Positions 1 to 9,685 are shown, numbered from the stretch's first letter. The stretch: 25,219 bases of DNA from Oligoflexia bacterium (GCA_043732485.1 JAYTHP010000207.1:1-25219); one strand, 5' to 3'. A program made the numbers and translations. The notes: generated by a model from the letters alone, not told the origin.

Positions 1-403
1 TATGCTTGATTCCGGGTCGGCCCCGATCTGTTGGGTTCTTTCCAGTATTTTTAGAACATCCGGGAGCCTGTTTTAAGGACCCATCGATCGATTGGAAAGA
101 CCAATCTATGCCGAGTGTCTCATCGTACAGTTGCAGTGCCTCTTCCATGAGTTGATCAAAAAAACCGGCGCTTACCCACTTTTTTAGATATTTACCAAGA
201 CTGGTGCGGCTGCCAAAATGCCTTAGAACCAGATCCCATTGGCATCCTGATCGAATCCAAAACAGCAAGCCACAAAAAATTTTTCGAAGGTCTGCGCGGG
301 GTCGCCCCCCTTCCGTTCCCTTGCCTGTTTCAATTTCAGGAGGAAAAATTTTTTGGATCAGTTTCCAGTCTTTTTCTGATAGAGTGCAAGTCGAGGGAAT
401 CAT
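1..403 (-). CDS. IS5-family transposase, N-terminal 134 codons (partial; absent from the ORF track)
   Basis: Manual translation from ATG 403: MIPSTCTLSEKDWKLIQKIFPPEIETGKGTEGGRPRADLRKIFCGLLFWIRSGCQWDLVLRHFGSRTSLGKYLKKWVSAGFFDQL...WSFQSIDGSLKQAPG...GKNPTDRGRPGIKH. GRPR..D.R, RSGCQW, the first catalytic D (IDGS) and NPTDRG are typical IS5 motifs. Confidence 0.92.
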   Translation of the reverse strand, partial: MIPSTCTLSEKDWKLIQKIFPPEIETGKGTEGGRPRADLRKIFCGLLFWIRSGCQWDLVLRHFGSRTSLGKYLKKWVSAGFFDQLMEEALQLYDETLGIDWSFQSIDGSLKQAPGCSKNTGKNPTDRGRPGIKH

Positions 404-484
404 GTGCGCCTTTCTTCTTTGATATCTGAAAGACATACATGAATTACCTAATTTATTTTATTTAAATTTTTGCGAAACGGTGTC
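1..484 (-). mobile_element. IS5-family insertion sequence, left end and 5' part; runs off the window start
   Basis: Element starts GACACCGTTTCGCAAA on the minus strand at 484. The boundary is defined by where similarity to the second copy at 25129 begins. It contains an IS5-type transposase ORF. Confidence 0.9.
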
Positions 485-725
485 AAAAAGGTGATGATGA
501 GCTTGATGAGGAAATTAGGGAAAAAAAGACTACAAGCATTCCCGGATTTTACAGCCTAGCTTGAGCGATTTTCGAGACCGACACCGAGCGCGTATCGTAT
601 CCACTCATCAAACTACTCATCAATCCACCCTCAATCCCTCGCTCCTATCAGTGAGGATTTTGGCGACTGGCGCCTTTGCAAGTAGCAATTATTGCTAAGC
701 ATTGCCCAGACCTTTAAGAATCTCA

Positions 726-2190
726 CTACAGTTCTGAAGCAACCGCTTTGAGTTCAGCGCACACGGCGGAGGAAATAAGATTGCCGTTAAGATCAATGTC
801 TACTGGCGCCAGAGGATTTTTCGCCCTAAGGGCCTTGACAAATCCTCTGGCAGCCACGTCGCCAATTTGGTGGTACCTGAGATCCAACGAGGTGAATTGA
901 TGATTCGGGCTCCTGAGCGTCTCTGCGAGAGCTATTGCACCAGCGTCGCTCATTTGCTTGTGTCTTAAATTCAAGGCAGTGAGGCGATTGTTCAGGTTCC
1001 TGAGCGCCCGCGCAATTGCGCTTACGCCAACGTCGCTCAATTTATTGTACCTAAAACTCAAGGTAGTGAGGCGATGGCTCTCGTCCACGTCACCACTTGC
1101 TAGTGCCTGCGCGATTGCTATCGTCGTCGATCCAATTTCCCCAAAAATCCAAGGAGATGAGGCGACTATTCTTATTTTGCAGGGCCCGAGCAATAGCAGC
1201 TGCTCCGTCCGCGCCAATCTCGCTGCCCACGAGTGCCAAAAGGGTGAGATGATTGTGCGGGCTCTCCATCGCCTGTGCGATGGCGCTTGCCCTAGCAGCT
1301 TCAAGGAAGTTTTCATTCAGGATCAAGGAGGTGAGGCGATTACTGGGGTCTTGCAGCGCTCCCGCGATGGCTGTTGCGCCCTCAGAGGTGATCCCGTTGT
1401 ACCTGAGATTCAGGAAAGTGAGGCGATTACTGCCGCTTTCTAGCTCTGCTGCCAGAACTCTTACTCCATGGTCTCCCAGAGAAAATTTCGCTCAAGAAAG
1501 TTCATTTTCTCGAGCTTCCGCCAGTTGATGGAGTAAGGCCCAACCTCCGTCCGGCCATCCGCCCTCGTCCTCCCACTGAAGGGAGAGGCGATTAAAATCC
1601 CTTGCGGCACTCGACCGCAAAAACGTTCTCATTTCCTCCACGCCAGAAAATCGAATTTTGAGGACATTGGAAAAATACGTTAGCCTGTAGGCTAAGCTCA
1701 AAAAGAACTACTCCAAAAACCACGGATAAGTCGCTCTGCTTGCAGCCGATCAGGCGGAGGGGCTTTTTGCGCCAGGAAACGGGGGTAAGTCAGGGTCGGA
1801 ACATCCACGAGTCGATCCCGTCGCTGCAGCCTCCGCTCGCGCAGTGCCGCTTCGCTCGTGAGCTGCCTGAAAAGCCCTTTCGAACAGAAGGCCAAGTTAA
1901 GATAAGCTGCGGGGTTCAAGGCAAAATTAATCTCCCGAAACAGTACCTCAGGGAGCTCAGGTTAAAAACAACGCCTCCTCCCCTTCCGTCCCAGTGCCGC
2001 CTCCTAGGGCGGCAGATCCATTCTGTGGGGAGCGGGATTGCACAGCAGACACCCCTTCGCCTTCGGGCTGCGCTCGAGGCTGGGAAAAAGCCGATCCTCC
2101 TAAGGCCGCCCTTTCTAAAAAAAACATCCAGCCTAGACAGGCCAAGCTGAGAGCAGGAAGCAGCGGAAAGGGAGTTTTGCTGGCATGCAT
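726..2190 (-). pseudogene. Disrupted F-box + leucine-rich repeat (RI-type, 29-aa units) protein with signal-peptide-like N-terminus
   Basis: AGGAG RBS precedes ATG 2190. ORF-track pieces 1957-2190, 1698-1919, 1492-1701, 1090-1326 and 726-1316 join into one protein of about 490 aa. F-box-like LFLT/ELPEVLFREINFALNPAAYLNLAFCSKGLFRQL is followed by about 7 LRRs such as SNRLTFLNLRYNGITSEGATAIAGALQDP. Lesions: +1 nt near 1959, -1 nt in the T-run near 1701, in-frame TGA at 1492-1494, and a deletion (probably 8 nt) near 1121. Confidence 0.82.
880..1430 (-). repeat. Degenerate 87-bp tandem repeats encoding the LRR units
   Basis: GTGAGGCGAT occurs at 979/1066 and at 1331/1418, each pair 87 bp apart. 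Confidence 0.8.
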
Positions 2191-2385
2191 CTTCTAAACT
2201 CCTGTGAACTCCTATGAACTCCTGGCCTTCCTTGTATCGCCTCAGAGATCAGATCGGGCTAAAAAAATGAGTCAAAGGGTTTTCGGCAAAATGTCTTCAA
2301 ACCAAATCAGCACGCCACCACTGCCGAATATCAGCAGAGTACCAGGCGAGTATCAGGCGCACACCTTTGGTTTGAGCCTGGGGGC

Positions 2386-3702
2386 TCAGTACAGCTCAAA
2401 GTCCAGCAAACGGCATTCGATGGCCCCATTAAAGAGCACTCTGCGCCTACGAGGCTTAAGCCCCACGGCTTTTGCGAGACTTGCGCTTCCCGTAAAAACC
2501 CCTGCTTTCCAGCCCTTAAAGCGCTGCTTAAAGTGATCGCCCAGACTTTGATACAACGGCAACAACGACTCATGATCGCCTAAACGCCAGCCGTAGGGGG
2601 GATTCACCAGGATTAAGCCATGCGGCTCATCCACCGCATGAGTGACTTGCCCCCACGGCTTGCACTCAATGTGCACCCGCTCTTGCAGCCCTGCTCGCAC
2701 CACACACTGCTGCGCTTGCTGCACGCTGCGGGGATCAGCATCATACCCGACTATTCTGGTCTCACTTTTGCGAATTTGACCCTCAGCGTCGGCTCGAACG
2801 CTGGCCCATAGCTCAGCATCGTACCCTAACCAGCCCTGAAAACCAAACTGAGTGCGCAGCAAGCCTGGCGCCACCCGGTCGGCGATCCAGGCGGCTTCAA
2901 TCACGAGCGTCCCTGAGCCACACATCGGGTCGATGAAACCCATGGGCAAACTCGCGGGCAAAATCTCCGTTGCTTCCTCTGGCCCTCCCTCAAGACGATC
3001 CCCAGCGCCGCTCTCCACGGCCGCAAGAAGCGGCCAGCCCATCAGCAACAACAGGCCTGCAGCCAGGTTCTCTTTCAAAGGCGCCTGCGCTCCGGGCAAG
3101 CGGTAGCCTCGTTGATGCAAACTCTCCCCGGAAAGATCAATCCCGACGCTCACTTGATCCTCTCCCTCAAGGTGTACATGAATTCGCAGTTGTGGTTTTT
3201 TGGCGTCCACCGAAGGCCTAGCCCCGACGTCCTCGCGAAATTGATCGACCACCGCGTCTTTGACTCTTAAAGCCGCGTAATGGGAGTGCGCTATCCAGGA
3301 GTGTTTGGCGTGGGTGACTTGCACGGCAAACGTGGTGGTGAGCGCCAAATGGTCGCGCCACGCCACCTGGCGCACCCCCTTGTAGAGCTCCTCGGGGTTT
3401 TTAGCTTGAAAGGTCTGCAGGATGAGAAAAACTCGGCTTGCCACTCGCGACCAGAGACAAACCTGGTAGGCACTCCTGAGTGACCCTTGGAAACTGACCC
3501 CCCCAACACCAGAAACGCTCAGTTGTGGGTTTGTAATGCCTAGGGCCTGCAGTTCGGCAAGCAGCACGCTTTCCAGTCCTAAAGCGGTGGAGACGAAAAA
3601 AGCGAATTCTGAGCCTTCAAAACGTCTTGGAGAGCGTGCCAAGGCCGCTTGATCCTGAGGCAAAACCGATTGATCGGGGAGTAGGGTTGATGTTTGTTTC
3701 AT
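2386..3702 (-). CDS. rlmL: 23S rRNA m2G2445 methyltransferase RlmL-like (THUMP + methyltransferase; no fused RlmK half)
   Basis: GLESVLLAEL, LWSRVASRV, KDAVVDQFR, DLSGESLHQRGYR, APLKENLAA, DPMCGSGTLVIEAA, NPPYG.RLG, LFNGAIECRL. Confidence 0.92.
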   Translation of the reverse strand: MKQTSTLLPDQSVLPQDQAALARSPRRFEGSEFAFFVSTALGLESVLLAELQALGITNPQLSVSGVGGVSFQGSLRSAYQVCLWSRVASRVFLILQTFQAKNPEELYKGVRQVAWRDHLALTTTFAVQVTHAKHSWIAHSHYAALRVKDAVVDQFREDVGARPSVDAKKPQLRIHVHLEGEDQVSVGIDLSGESLHQRGYRLPGAQAPLKENLAAGLLLLMGWPLLAAVESGAGDRLEGGPEEATEILPASLPMGFIDPMCGSGTLVIEAAWIADRVAPGLLRTQFGFQGWLGYDAELWASVRADAEGQIRKSETRIVGYDADPRSVQQAQQCVVRAGLQERVHIECKPWGQVTHAVDEPHGLILVNPPYGWRLGDHESLLPLYQSLGDHFKQRFKGWKAGVFTGSASLAKAVGLKPRRRRVLFNGAIECRLLDFELY

Positions 3703-3763
3703 AGGAGGGTATCTTTAACGCTTTCACTCGCAAGAGACAATCCTCAAGAGAAAATGCCTGACC

Positions 3764-5662
3764 ATGAAACCACCCCCTTTGACAGCCAATAGTCCAAGCA
3801 CCTCCGCCGCGCGACCTCCCCAGCGTCTGCCCCAGCTCACCGCCCCGCTGAATTGGCTGGAATGGCAACACTTGGTGCGTTTTCTTGCGCCTCAGTTACA
3901 AAATAGCTGGATTGAGCGGATCTTTATCCCCGAGCGACGCTACTTTCACCCCCATTTCCTGAAAAAAGAGTGGGCCTTACAGGTACGCTCGCCACAAAAA
4001 ACCAGCGAACTCAGGGTCAGCTTACGCCCGCCCCACCCCTCCTTAGGCTGGAGTGAGCACAAAGAGAGTCAAGCTGCCACGACCGCCACGCACTCGGGAT
4101 TTGACCTCCTCTTGCACAAAACCCTGAAAAAAGCCCGCATTCTTGATCTCACGGCCGTGCCCCAAGATCGCATCCTGGTGTTGTGGTGCCTGCAACCGCA
4201 TCAACCTGAGAGGGTCTTTGGCCTAGTGCTCATCTTCATCCCCAGCCGTCCCGAGGCACTGCTGTTTCAAACCCCCCTGACCTCAAAGCTGCGCGCCTGC
4301 TTGACTGCGTCCCAGCCCCAGTCTCCCGGCGACGCCGCCTACCCCACCAACACTCACACCCCCCCCCTGGCTCCTGAGACTTGGCAGATCTTAGGATCCA
4401 CCAGGCGCAACCTCCATCCCGAACAACCGCACCCCCTCCTTCTGCTCCTAAGTCCCCCACAAGCCTCATCCACCCCCGCAAGACAACCAGCCGCATCGGC
4501 GCCTCAAAATCCCCTCGTTCGCGAGCTGATCGCCCACCACCCGCACCACTATTTTCGTTGGCTTGAAGGCAGCCTCAAGCGTGAAGCCTTTGCCCAGCGC
4601 ATCAAAGTCCTAGAAAAAGCGCTTTTACAAAGCCTCAAGCAGGAGCAAGAGCGCATCACCCTCCTCACCCAGCGCCTCCAGAGTGCGGAGCAGGAACCTG
4701 ACTGGCAAGCGCAGGCCCACGAACTCAAAGCCCAACTCGCCTCCTTCTTCAATGACAGCCAAGACCCAAGCCATACGGACGACGACGCTAACCACCACAG
4801 CGACGCCTCCACAGACGCCACCGCCAACGCCCTCAAAGCTAAGCTCAGCCAAGCGATGAGCCAAGCCTACGACAAAGCCAAGCGTAAAAAACGGCGCCTC
4901 GAGGAAACCCGCTTCCGACTGACGCACGCCCACACTGAAGCCGCGCGCTTGCAAGCAACTTTAAGCCAAATCGGCTTGCTCCTCCCTGCGGACGAACTCC
5001 CGCAGCTGCTCTCCCCGGGTTCTCCTCAAGCAGGCGCCACCGCCATCTCCTCCCTCAGTGCCCAACCCCACGCCCCTGCCACACTGGATTGGGAGGGTTT
5101 AGGGAGACTAGAACGGGAAAACTTTCTGATCTCCCCAAGCACGCAATCAAGCCTTGCCACAGCGGGCAAGGGGAGCCACAAAACCACCACCGCCGCCTGG
5201 TCTGGTAAAAGCTTCCGCTCCGCCGAAGGACTCCCCATCTGGGTTGGCCGCAGTTCTGAGGAAAATCTTGAGCTCACCTTTCAAGCCGCCAAAGGCAACG
5301 ATCTCTGGTTTCATGTGCGCGGCAAACCTGGCGCCCACGTGGTGATCGCCCTCCACACCCAAGGCAGCAAGAAAACCTCAGCCTCGCTGTCGAGCCTGCT
5401 TGACGCTGCACAATTAGCGCTCTACTACAGTGGCGGTGAGCACTGGGGCAAGACCGAGGTGGATTACACCCACCGCAAGTATGTAAAGAAGATCAAAAAA
5501 TCCAAGGAAGTCAGCTACTCACAAAATAAAACCCTGATTTGCAGCTGCGACCCCACGCGAATGAAGGAGCTGCTGGGTGAGAAAACACCCCCGAGTAGGG
5601 GCATGAGTAGCCCAGACTTAAAGCTACTGCCCAAGAAAAAAACTCACCCGCCCGCGCTTTGA
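3764..5662 (+). CDS. rqcH: NFACT family protein (RqcH/Rqc2/FbpA-like) with NFACT-R RNA-binding domain
   Basis: NFACT-N-like segment with DR motif (VPQDRILVL), a coiled coil, and C-terminal IWVGRSSEENLELT..AKGNDLWFHVRGKPGAHVVI..AAQLALYYS..VDYTHRKYVKK. Confidence 0.85.
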   Translation: MKPPPLTANSPSTSAARPPQRLPQLTAPLNWLEWQHLVRFLAPQLQNSWIERIFIPERRYFHPHFLKKEWALQVRSPQKTSELRVSLRPPHPSLGWSEHKESQAATTATHSGFDLLLHKTLKKARILDLTAVPQDRILVLWCLQPHQPERVFGLVLIFIPSRPEALLFQTPLTSKLRACLTASQPQSPGDAAYPTNTHTPPLAPETWQILGSTRRNLHPEQPHPLLLLLSPPQASSTPARQPAASAPQNPLVRELIAHHPHHYFRWLEGSLKREAFAQRIKVLEKALLQSLKQEQERITLLTQRLQSAEQEPDWQAQAHELKAQLASFFNDSQDPSHTDDDANHHSDASTDATANALKAKLSQAMSQAYDKAKRKKRRLEETRFRLTHAHTEAARLQATLSQIGLLLPADELPQLLSPGSPQAGATAISSLSAQPHAPATLDWEGLGRLERENFLISPSTQSSLATAGKGSHKTTTAAWSGKSFRSAEGLPIWVGRSSEENLELTFQAAKGNDLWFHVRGKPGAHVVIALHTQGSKKTSASLSSLLDAAQLALYYSGGEHWGKTEVDYTHRKYVKKIKKSKEVSYSQNKTLICSCDPTRMKELLGEKTPPSRGMSSPDLKLLPKKKTHPPAL

Positions 5663-5667
5663 GGGGA

Positions 5668-8283
5668 TCACTGCTGGGTCTGTAGTAACGAAAAAACACT
5701 TAAGCGCTTCAAGCGGCTGGCAATCTGATACGCCGTCTCACCGCGCGCATTCTTCAGCTCCACGCTTGCACCCTTTGCCAGGAGCAGCTTGACGACCTCA
5801 GGATCGCCCAGCTTCGCGGCAAACATCAAAGGCGTGAAGCCTTGGAATTGCCTGACATTGACTTGCGCGCCTGCCGCAAGCAGCATTTCCACCACACGCA
5901 AATTCTTGCCTTCAATGGCATAAAACAGCGCTGTCACACCCTGTTGATTGCTCACTCCCACTGCAGCTTTTTTTGCGAGCAACAGCTCAACCACAGCTGC
6001 GTGGCCCTGACTTGCAGCCATCATCAGAGCAGCAGCCTTACTACCCCCCCCGCTTACGTCTCCTGCTTGCTTGAGCAGGAGCTGGCAGGCCGCAAGATCG
6101 CCCATCAATGCCGCTTGCATCAAAGGCGTGTGACCCTTGGCGTCTTGCGCACTGACACTTGCTCCCGCCTGCAACAGCTGCTCTAGCAGATCCAGGCGGT
6201 GGTGGGAGAGTGCCGCCATCAAGAGGGGTGGCTCAGCCTGCGGGCGCCAGTCGGGATTCACGCCAGGGACTTGCAACAAGGTTTTTGCAATCTCAAACTC
6301 GGCGTGGGCAAAAGCTAGACTCAGCGCGGTTGCACCCTCACGGCTGCGCAAATTGACCAAGGCGCCTTGCGCCAGCAGTTTTTTCACGCCAGGCGCGTTA
6401 CCCGCTTGCGCGGCAAACATCAGTGCAGCTTCGCCTTGCAGGGTTTGATCATTGATCCTGGCGCCACGCTTGATGAGGAGGGGGAGCAAGTGATTTTGTC
6501 CGGCTTGCGCAGCAAGCATGAGGCTTGTTGCGCGACTACGATCCCGGACGTTGACCCGAAAGCCGCGAGCAAGCAAGAAGTTCACGATTTTTTCTGAGCC
6601 CCCGCGCACGGCCAGCATCAACAGCGTGCGACCCTGGGGATCGACCTCTCCGAGGTGGACTTTTTTTTGCGCAACCAGAGTCTCAAAACTACTTGCATTG
6701 CCGCTGAATGCCGCCTGCATGAGCGGTGTGAAACCGTCGCTGCCAGCAAGCGTGACATCGGCGCCTGCCGCAAGCAGAAGGTGCACCAAAGCGGGCTTGC
6801 GATTTTTCACTGCAAGCACGAGCGGAGTATCGCCGTCTTGGGTTTTCAGGTTCACGTCCGCCTGATGCTCAAGCAAGAGTTGGGTGATGGGGGCATCGCC
6901 GCTTTTCACCGCATGGTGCAAGGCGCTCCAAGCCAAGGGGTCTTGCCCATTGACCTGCACGCCCTCCTTAAGCCGATTTTGTACCTCTGCCACATCGCCT
7001 GCCCTAGCCGCCTGCATCAGCAGGAAACTGCGCCAGCGCTCGTAGTTAAACTCCTGCGGATCGTTTTCTTCGACCTTGATATTCAGCTTCGGGGCGACGG
7101 GGTCAAAGCAGCTGAGCTTTTCAAACCAGGGCCGGACACTGGCTTGCGGTTCAGGCGTAAGCAGTCGCCCTTGCCGCAAGACTACCCCGCAGTGAACATG
7201 ACGAGCCGACGCAGCCAACCTCGACGACGAAAGCTCGCTTTCTCCGCCCCACTCCGTGCCATCACTCCTACTACTGCTCCTACCTAGCACATCCCAGCGC
7301 TCCATCATACAAAGCTGCTTTTGCTGGGGATCTAAGTAAAGGGTAAAGGCATGATCGTTTTTACTAAAACACCGTAACGCATGCTCATAACCAAACTCGT
7401 GGGCCAAGCAGTAGCCGACATCGGCGCCTTCGCCGCAATTACCAAATTGACAGCCCAAGTAGGTGCGCCTGGTAATGGCTTTTACCGAAGCACAAAAGCG
7501 GTTGCGCTTTTCCTGTAGGTCCAACTCCGGCTCAGCGTCAAGCTCACGCAAGACCTCCTTGCGCTCTTCCAGCGCAAGCACCCGCCCAATGCTTGCCCAT
7601 AACGATGCGGGCAGATTGCCCTCAAAATTGGAGCGGCACGTCTTCACCCGGCTTGAATAGCCGTAGAACAACTCAGCTAGGCTTGGCTCCTCCTCAAGCC
7701 CAGCGCCACTCTCACGAGCCGACAACGACGCCGACGCGCTCGATTGCCGGCTGGGCCAAAAAAATGCACCTTCCGTCGGTTGCAAGATCCTGCCGATGTG
7801 TCTGCGATACGCGTGCAGGTCGTCGATGGGCTTGACCTGCTCGGAATCTTTTTCCTTATAAGCCACCTGCCGGATGGTCAGATGATTCAGGCGATTGACC
7901 TTGGCTAAAAAGACCAAGCAAGTGAGGGCGACCTGGTCTAGGCTCGTTTCGGTGTGCTCAGGGGTTGCCAAGCGCTCATACTCCCTGTTGCAAGACAACT
8001 CAGCCATGAGCGGAATACAGCACTTAAAACTGAGCGCGAGCGCCTCTGGGTTGCGGCTTGTGCAACAAGCTAAGCCCACCCCCAGCAGGAATACCTTAAC
8101 TCTGAGTGCCCGGGCCTCGCGAAAAAAACCACCCCGCCCCAGGCGGGCGAGCCTGGGTTGGGCTCCGCGCGCAACACGCCCTCTGCTGCTGATTTTTCTT
8201 TCCTCTTGCTGTCGCATCCTGCTTCCCCCCATCCTCTTCCATGACAAGCCCATACTTTCGCAAGCTCTAGCATCATCAGCCAC
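5668..8283 (-). CDS. Ankyrin-repeat protein (13 repeats plus cap) with N-terminal putative Cys-His-acid catalytic domain and signal-peptide-like segment; start uncertain
   Basis: Repeats such as GDTPLVLAV, GFTPLMQAA, GHTPLMQAA, GVTALFYAI and GFTPLMFAAKLG span about 5668-7030. Upstream lie GNCGE, DHAF and ERWD motifs, and KVFLLGVGLACC...ALA near the N-terminus. Confidence 0.9.
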   Translation of the reverse strand: MADDARACESMGLSWKRMGGSRMRQQEERKISSRGRVARGAQPRLARLGRGGFFREARALRVKVFLLGVGLACCTSRNPEALALSFKCCIPLMAELSCNREYERLATPEHTETSLDQVALTCLVFLAKVNRLNHLTIRQVAYKEKDSEQVKPIDDLHAYRRHIGRILQPTEGAFFWPSRQSSASASLSARESGAGLEEEPSLAELFYGYSSRVKTCRSNFEGNLPASLWASIGRVLALEERKEVLRELDAEPELDLQEKRNRFCASVKAITRRTYLGCQFGNCGEGADVGYCLAHEFGYEHALRCFSKNDHAFTLYLDPQQKQLCMMERWDVLGRSSSRSDGTEWGGESELSSSRLAASARHVHCGVVLRQGRLLTPEPQASVRPWFEKLSCFDPVAPKLNIKVEENDPQEFNYERWRSFLLMQAARAGDVAEVQNRLKEGVQVNGQDPLAWSALHHAVKSGDAPITQLLLEHQADVNLKTQDGDTPLVLAVKNRKPALVHLLLAAGADVTLAGSDGFTPLMQAAFSGNASSFETLVAQKKVHLGEVDPQGRTLLMLAVRGGSEKIVNFLLARGFRVNVRDRSRATSLMLAAQAGQNHLLPLLIKRGARINDQTLQGEAALMFAAQAGNAPGVKKLLAQGALVNLRSREGATALSLAFAHAEFEIAKTLLQVPGVNPDWRPQAEPPLLMAALSHHRLDLLEQLLQAGASVSAQDAKGHTPLMQAALMGDLAACQLLLKQAGDVSGGGSKAAALMMAASQGHAAVVELLLAKKAAVGVSNQQGVTALFYAIEGKNLRVVEMLLAAGAQVNVRQFQGFTPLMFAAKLGDPEVVKLLLAKGASVELKNARGETAYQIASRLKRLSVFSLLQTQQ

Positions 8284-8314
8284 GCCATCACCGCTACCGC
8301 TGCCCGCCTGCTAT

Positions 8315-9685
8315 TTAAGTCACGAAGTTTTTGAGCACATATTCCAGCGCTTCTCGCTTGCTCTGGATTTTTTTTGCTAAAATCTGATCACTTACCTGCT
8401 CTAAAATCTCGGCAAAAAGCGGCCCAGGCAGTAGCCCTAGCGCAATCAAATCGGCGCCAGTCAGCCTCGCTTCGCTCTCCTGGGTCACTGCGGCTTGCGC
8501 CTCTGCCCAGCGACACTGCGCAAACTCATAGTGCGCCAAATTGCCATCCACCGCCATGGCCTCAGCCCGGATGAGGGCTAAAATCTCGACAAAATGCTCG
8601 TGCCGCACCCACCGCTGCAAGGTGACCTCCCGCATTTGAAAGACCTCCGTGCTTTGCTGGGCACAGCCGATCAGTGCATCGATTTTCTCAGCTTCCACTT
8701 TGGCAAATTTGAGCCGCTGCAAGACTCGCTTCAAGCCCTCGCCGCCTGCACCTAGCTCCATCAAAACCGCGGCCCAGGCCAAAGCTAAACTGCGCGGGGA
8801 TTGCTCTTGGGCCAACCAGCGCACCCGCCTCAGGGTCACAGCCCACTTGGCTTCCGCTTTTTTGTGGAGCTCCGGCAAGACGATGGGCAACAAGCCATAC
8901 TGCACCAAGGACTGTAACGCTCGCTCAGGCCTCGCACCCAACCACATGCGACTCAACTCGCCTGCAATGCGCTCAGCACTGACATAGGTGATGCCTTTGG
9001 CTAATTTTAAAATCGCGTCTGCCGTTGCCTGCTCAATCGTGAAATCCAGCGCCGCTTGAAACCGCACCGCGCGCAGCAGCCGCAAGGCGTCTTCCTTCAT
9101 CCGCAGCTCCGGATCACCCACGGTTTTAATTAGCCGCTGACTCAAGTCAGCCTTGCCCCCCACCCCATCCCAGTAACGCCCAGTTTTAGGATCATAAAAG
9201 AGCGCATTCATGGTAAAATCGCGCCTTAAACTATCATTTTCAATGCCTGAGAACTCAACGCCTAGGGGATGACGGTGGTCAAGCGAAGCTAAATCCTTGC
9301 GAAAGGTTGCCACCTCCACAAAAGGACCGAGGTTTCCGCTGCCGCTTGGCACCCGAATCACCCCAAACGCCTTCCCTACGGTCACACAGCCGGGAAAAAG
9401 CTCACAAATTTGGTCAGGTAAAGCACTCGTCACCAGATCAAAATCCTCGACCTGGCGACCTAAGAAAAAATCACGCACACTGCCGCCCACCAGGTACACC
9501 ACCACGCCGGGCTGATTGCTTAAGGTCTTCATGATTTTGCGGATCGCAGGCGGAATTAAAAAAGGACGATCAGTCCGTATCCACTTCGTAGTTTTCACCG
9601 GTGTCTTTATTACGGTAGAAGCTTTTTTGGATGCTGCCATCTGAGGACTCCACTTGAGGGGGCGTTCCTTCGGCTTCTTTTTCAC
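8315..9685 (-). CDS. cca: CCA tRNA nucleotidyltransferase (class II); start may be ATG 9640
   Basis: LVGGSVRD..EDFDLVT, EVATFRKD, RRDFTMNAL, EDALRLLRAVRF, VSAERI, and C-terminal LTGADLIALG..PGP. It lacks the poly(A) polymerase G[RK][RK]F signature (has GKAF). Confidence 0.88.
   Translation of the reverse strand: MKKKPKERPLKWSPQMAASKKASTVIKTPVKTTKWIRTDRPFLIPPAIRKIMKTLSNQPGVVVYLVGGSVRDFFLGRQVEDFDLVTSALPDQICELFPGCVTVGKAFGVIRVPSGSGNLGPFVEVATFRKDLASLDHRHPLGVEFSGIENDSLRRDFTMNALFYDPKTGRYWDGVGGKADLSQRLIKTVGDPELRMKEDALRLLRAVRFQAALDFTIEQATADAILKLAKGITYVSAERIAGELSRMWLGARPERALQSLVQYGLLPIVLPELHKKAEAKWAVTLRRVRWLAQEQSPRSLALAWAAVLMELGAGGEGLKRVLQRLKFAKVEAEKIDALIGCAQQSTEVFQMREVTLQRWVRHEHFVEILALIRAEAMAVDGNLAHYEFAQCRWAEAQAAVTQESEARLTGADLIALGLLPGPLFAEILEQVSDQILAKKIQSKREALEYVLKNFVT

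Noticed and set aside
491..628. Imperfect inverted repeat (GATGAG/CTCATC units) as a MITE
   Set aside because: The arms are short, gapped and low in complexity, with no target duplication or second copy in the window.
880..1430. Regularly spaced DNA repeats as a CRISPR array
   Set aside because: The repeats are degenerate with an 87-bp period explained by LRR coding, and no cas genes are present.
726..2190. TGA recoding (genetic code 4/25 or selenocysteine) to explain the F-box-LRR breaks, which all end in TGA
   Set aside because: Three of the four breaks need a frame change rather than read-through. Intact genes such as rlmL and moxR use TGA as a true stop, and Trp is encoded by TGG.
8315..9685. 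Poly(A) polymerase PcnB
   Set aside because: The PAP signature is absent, and the flexible-loop region (RKD..DHRHP) and C-terminus resemble CCA-adding enzymes.
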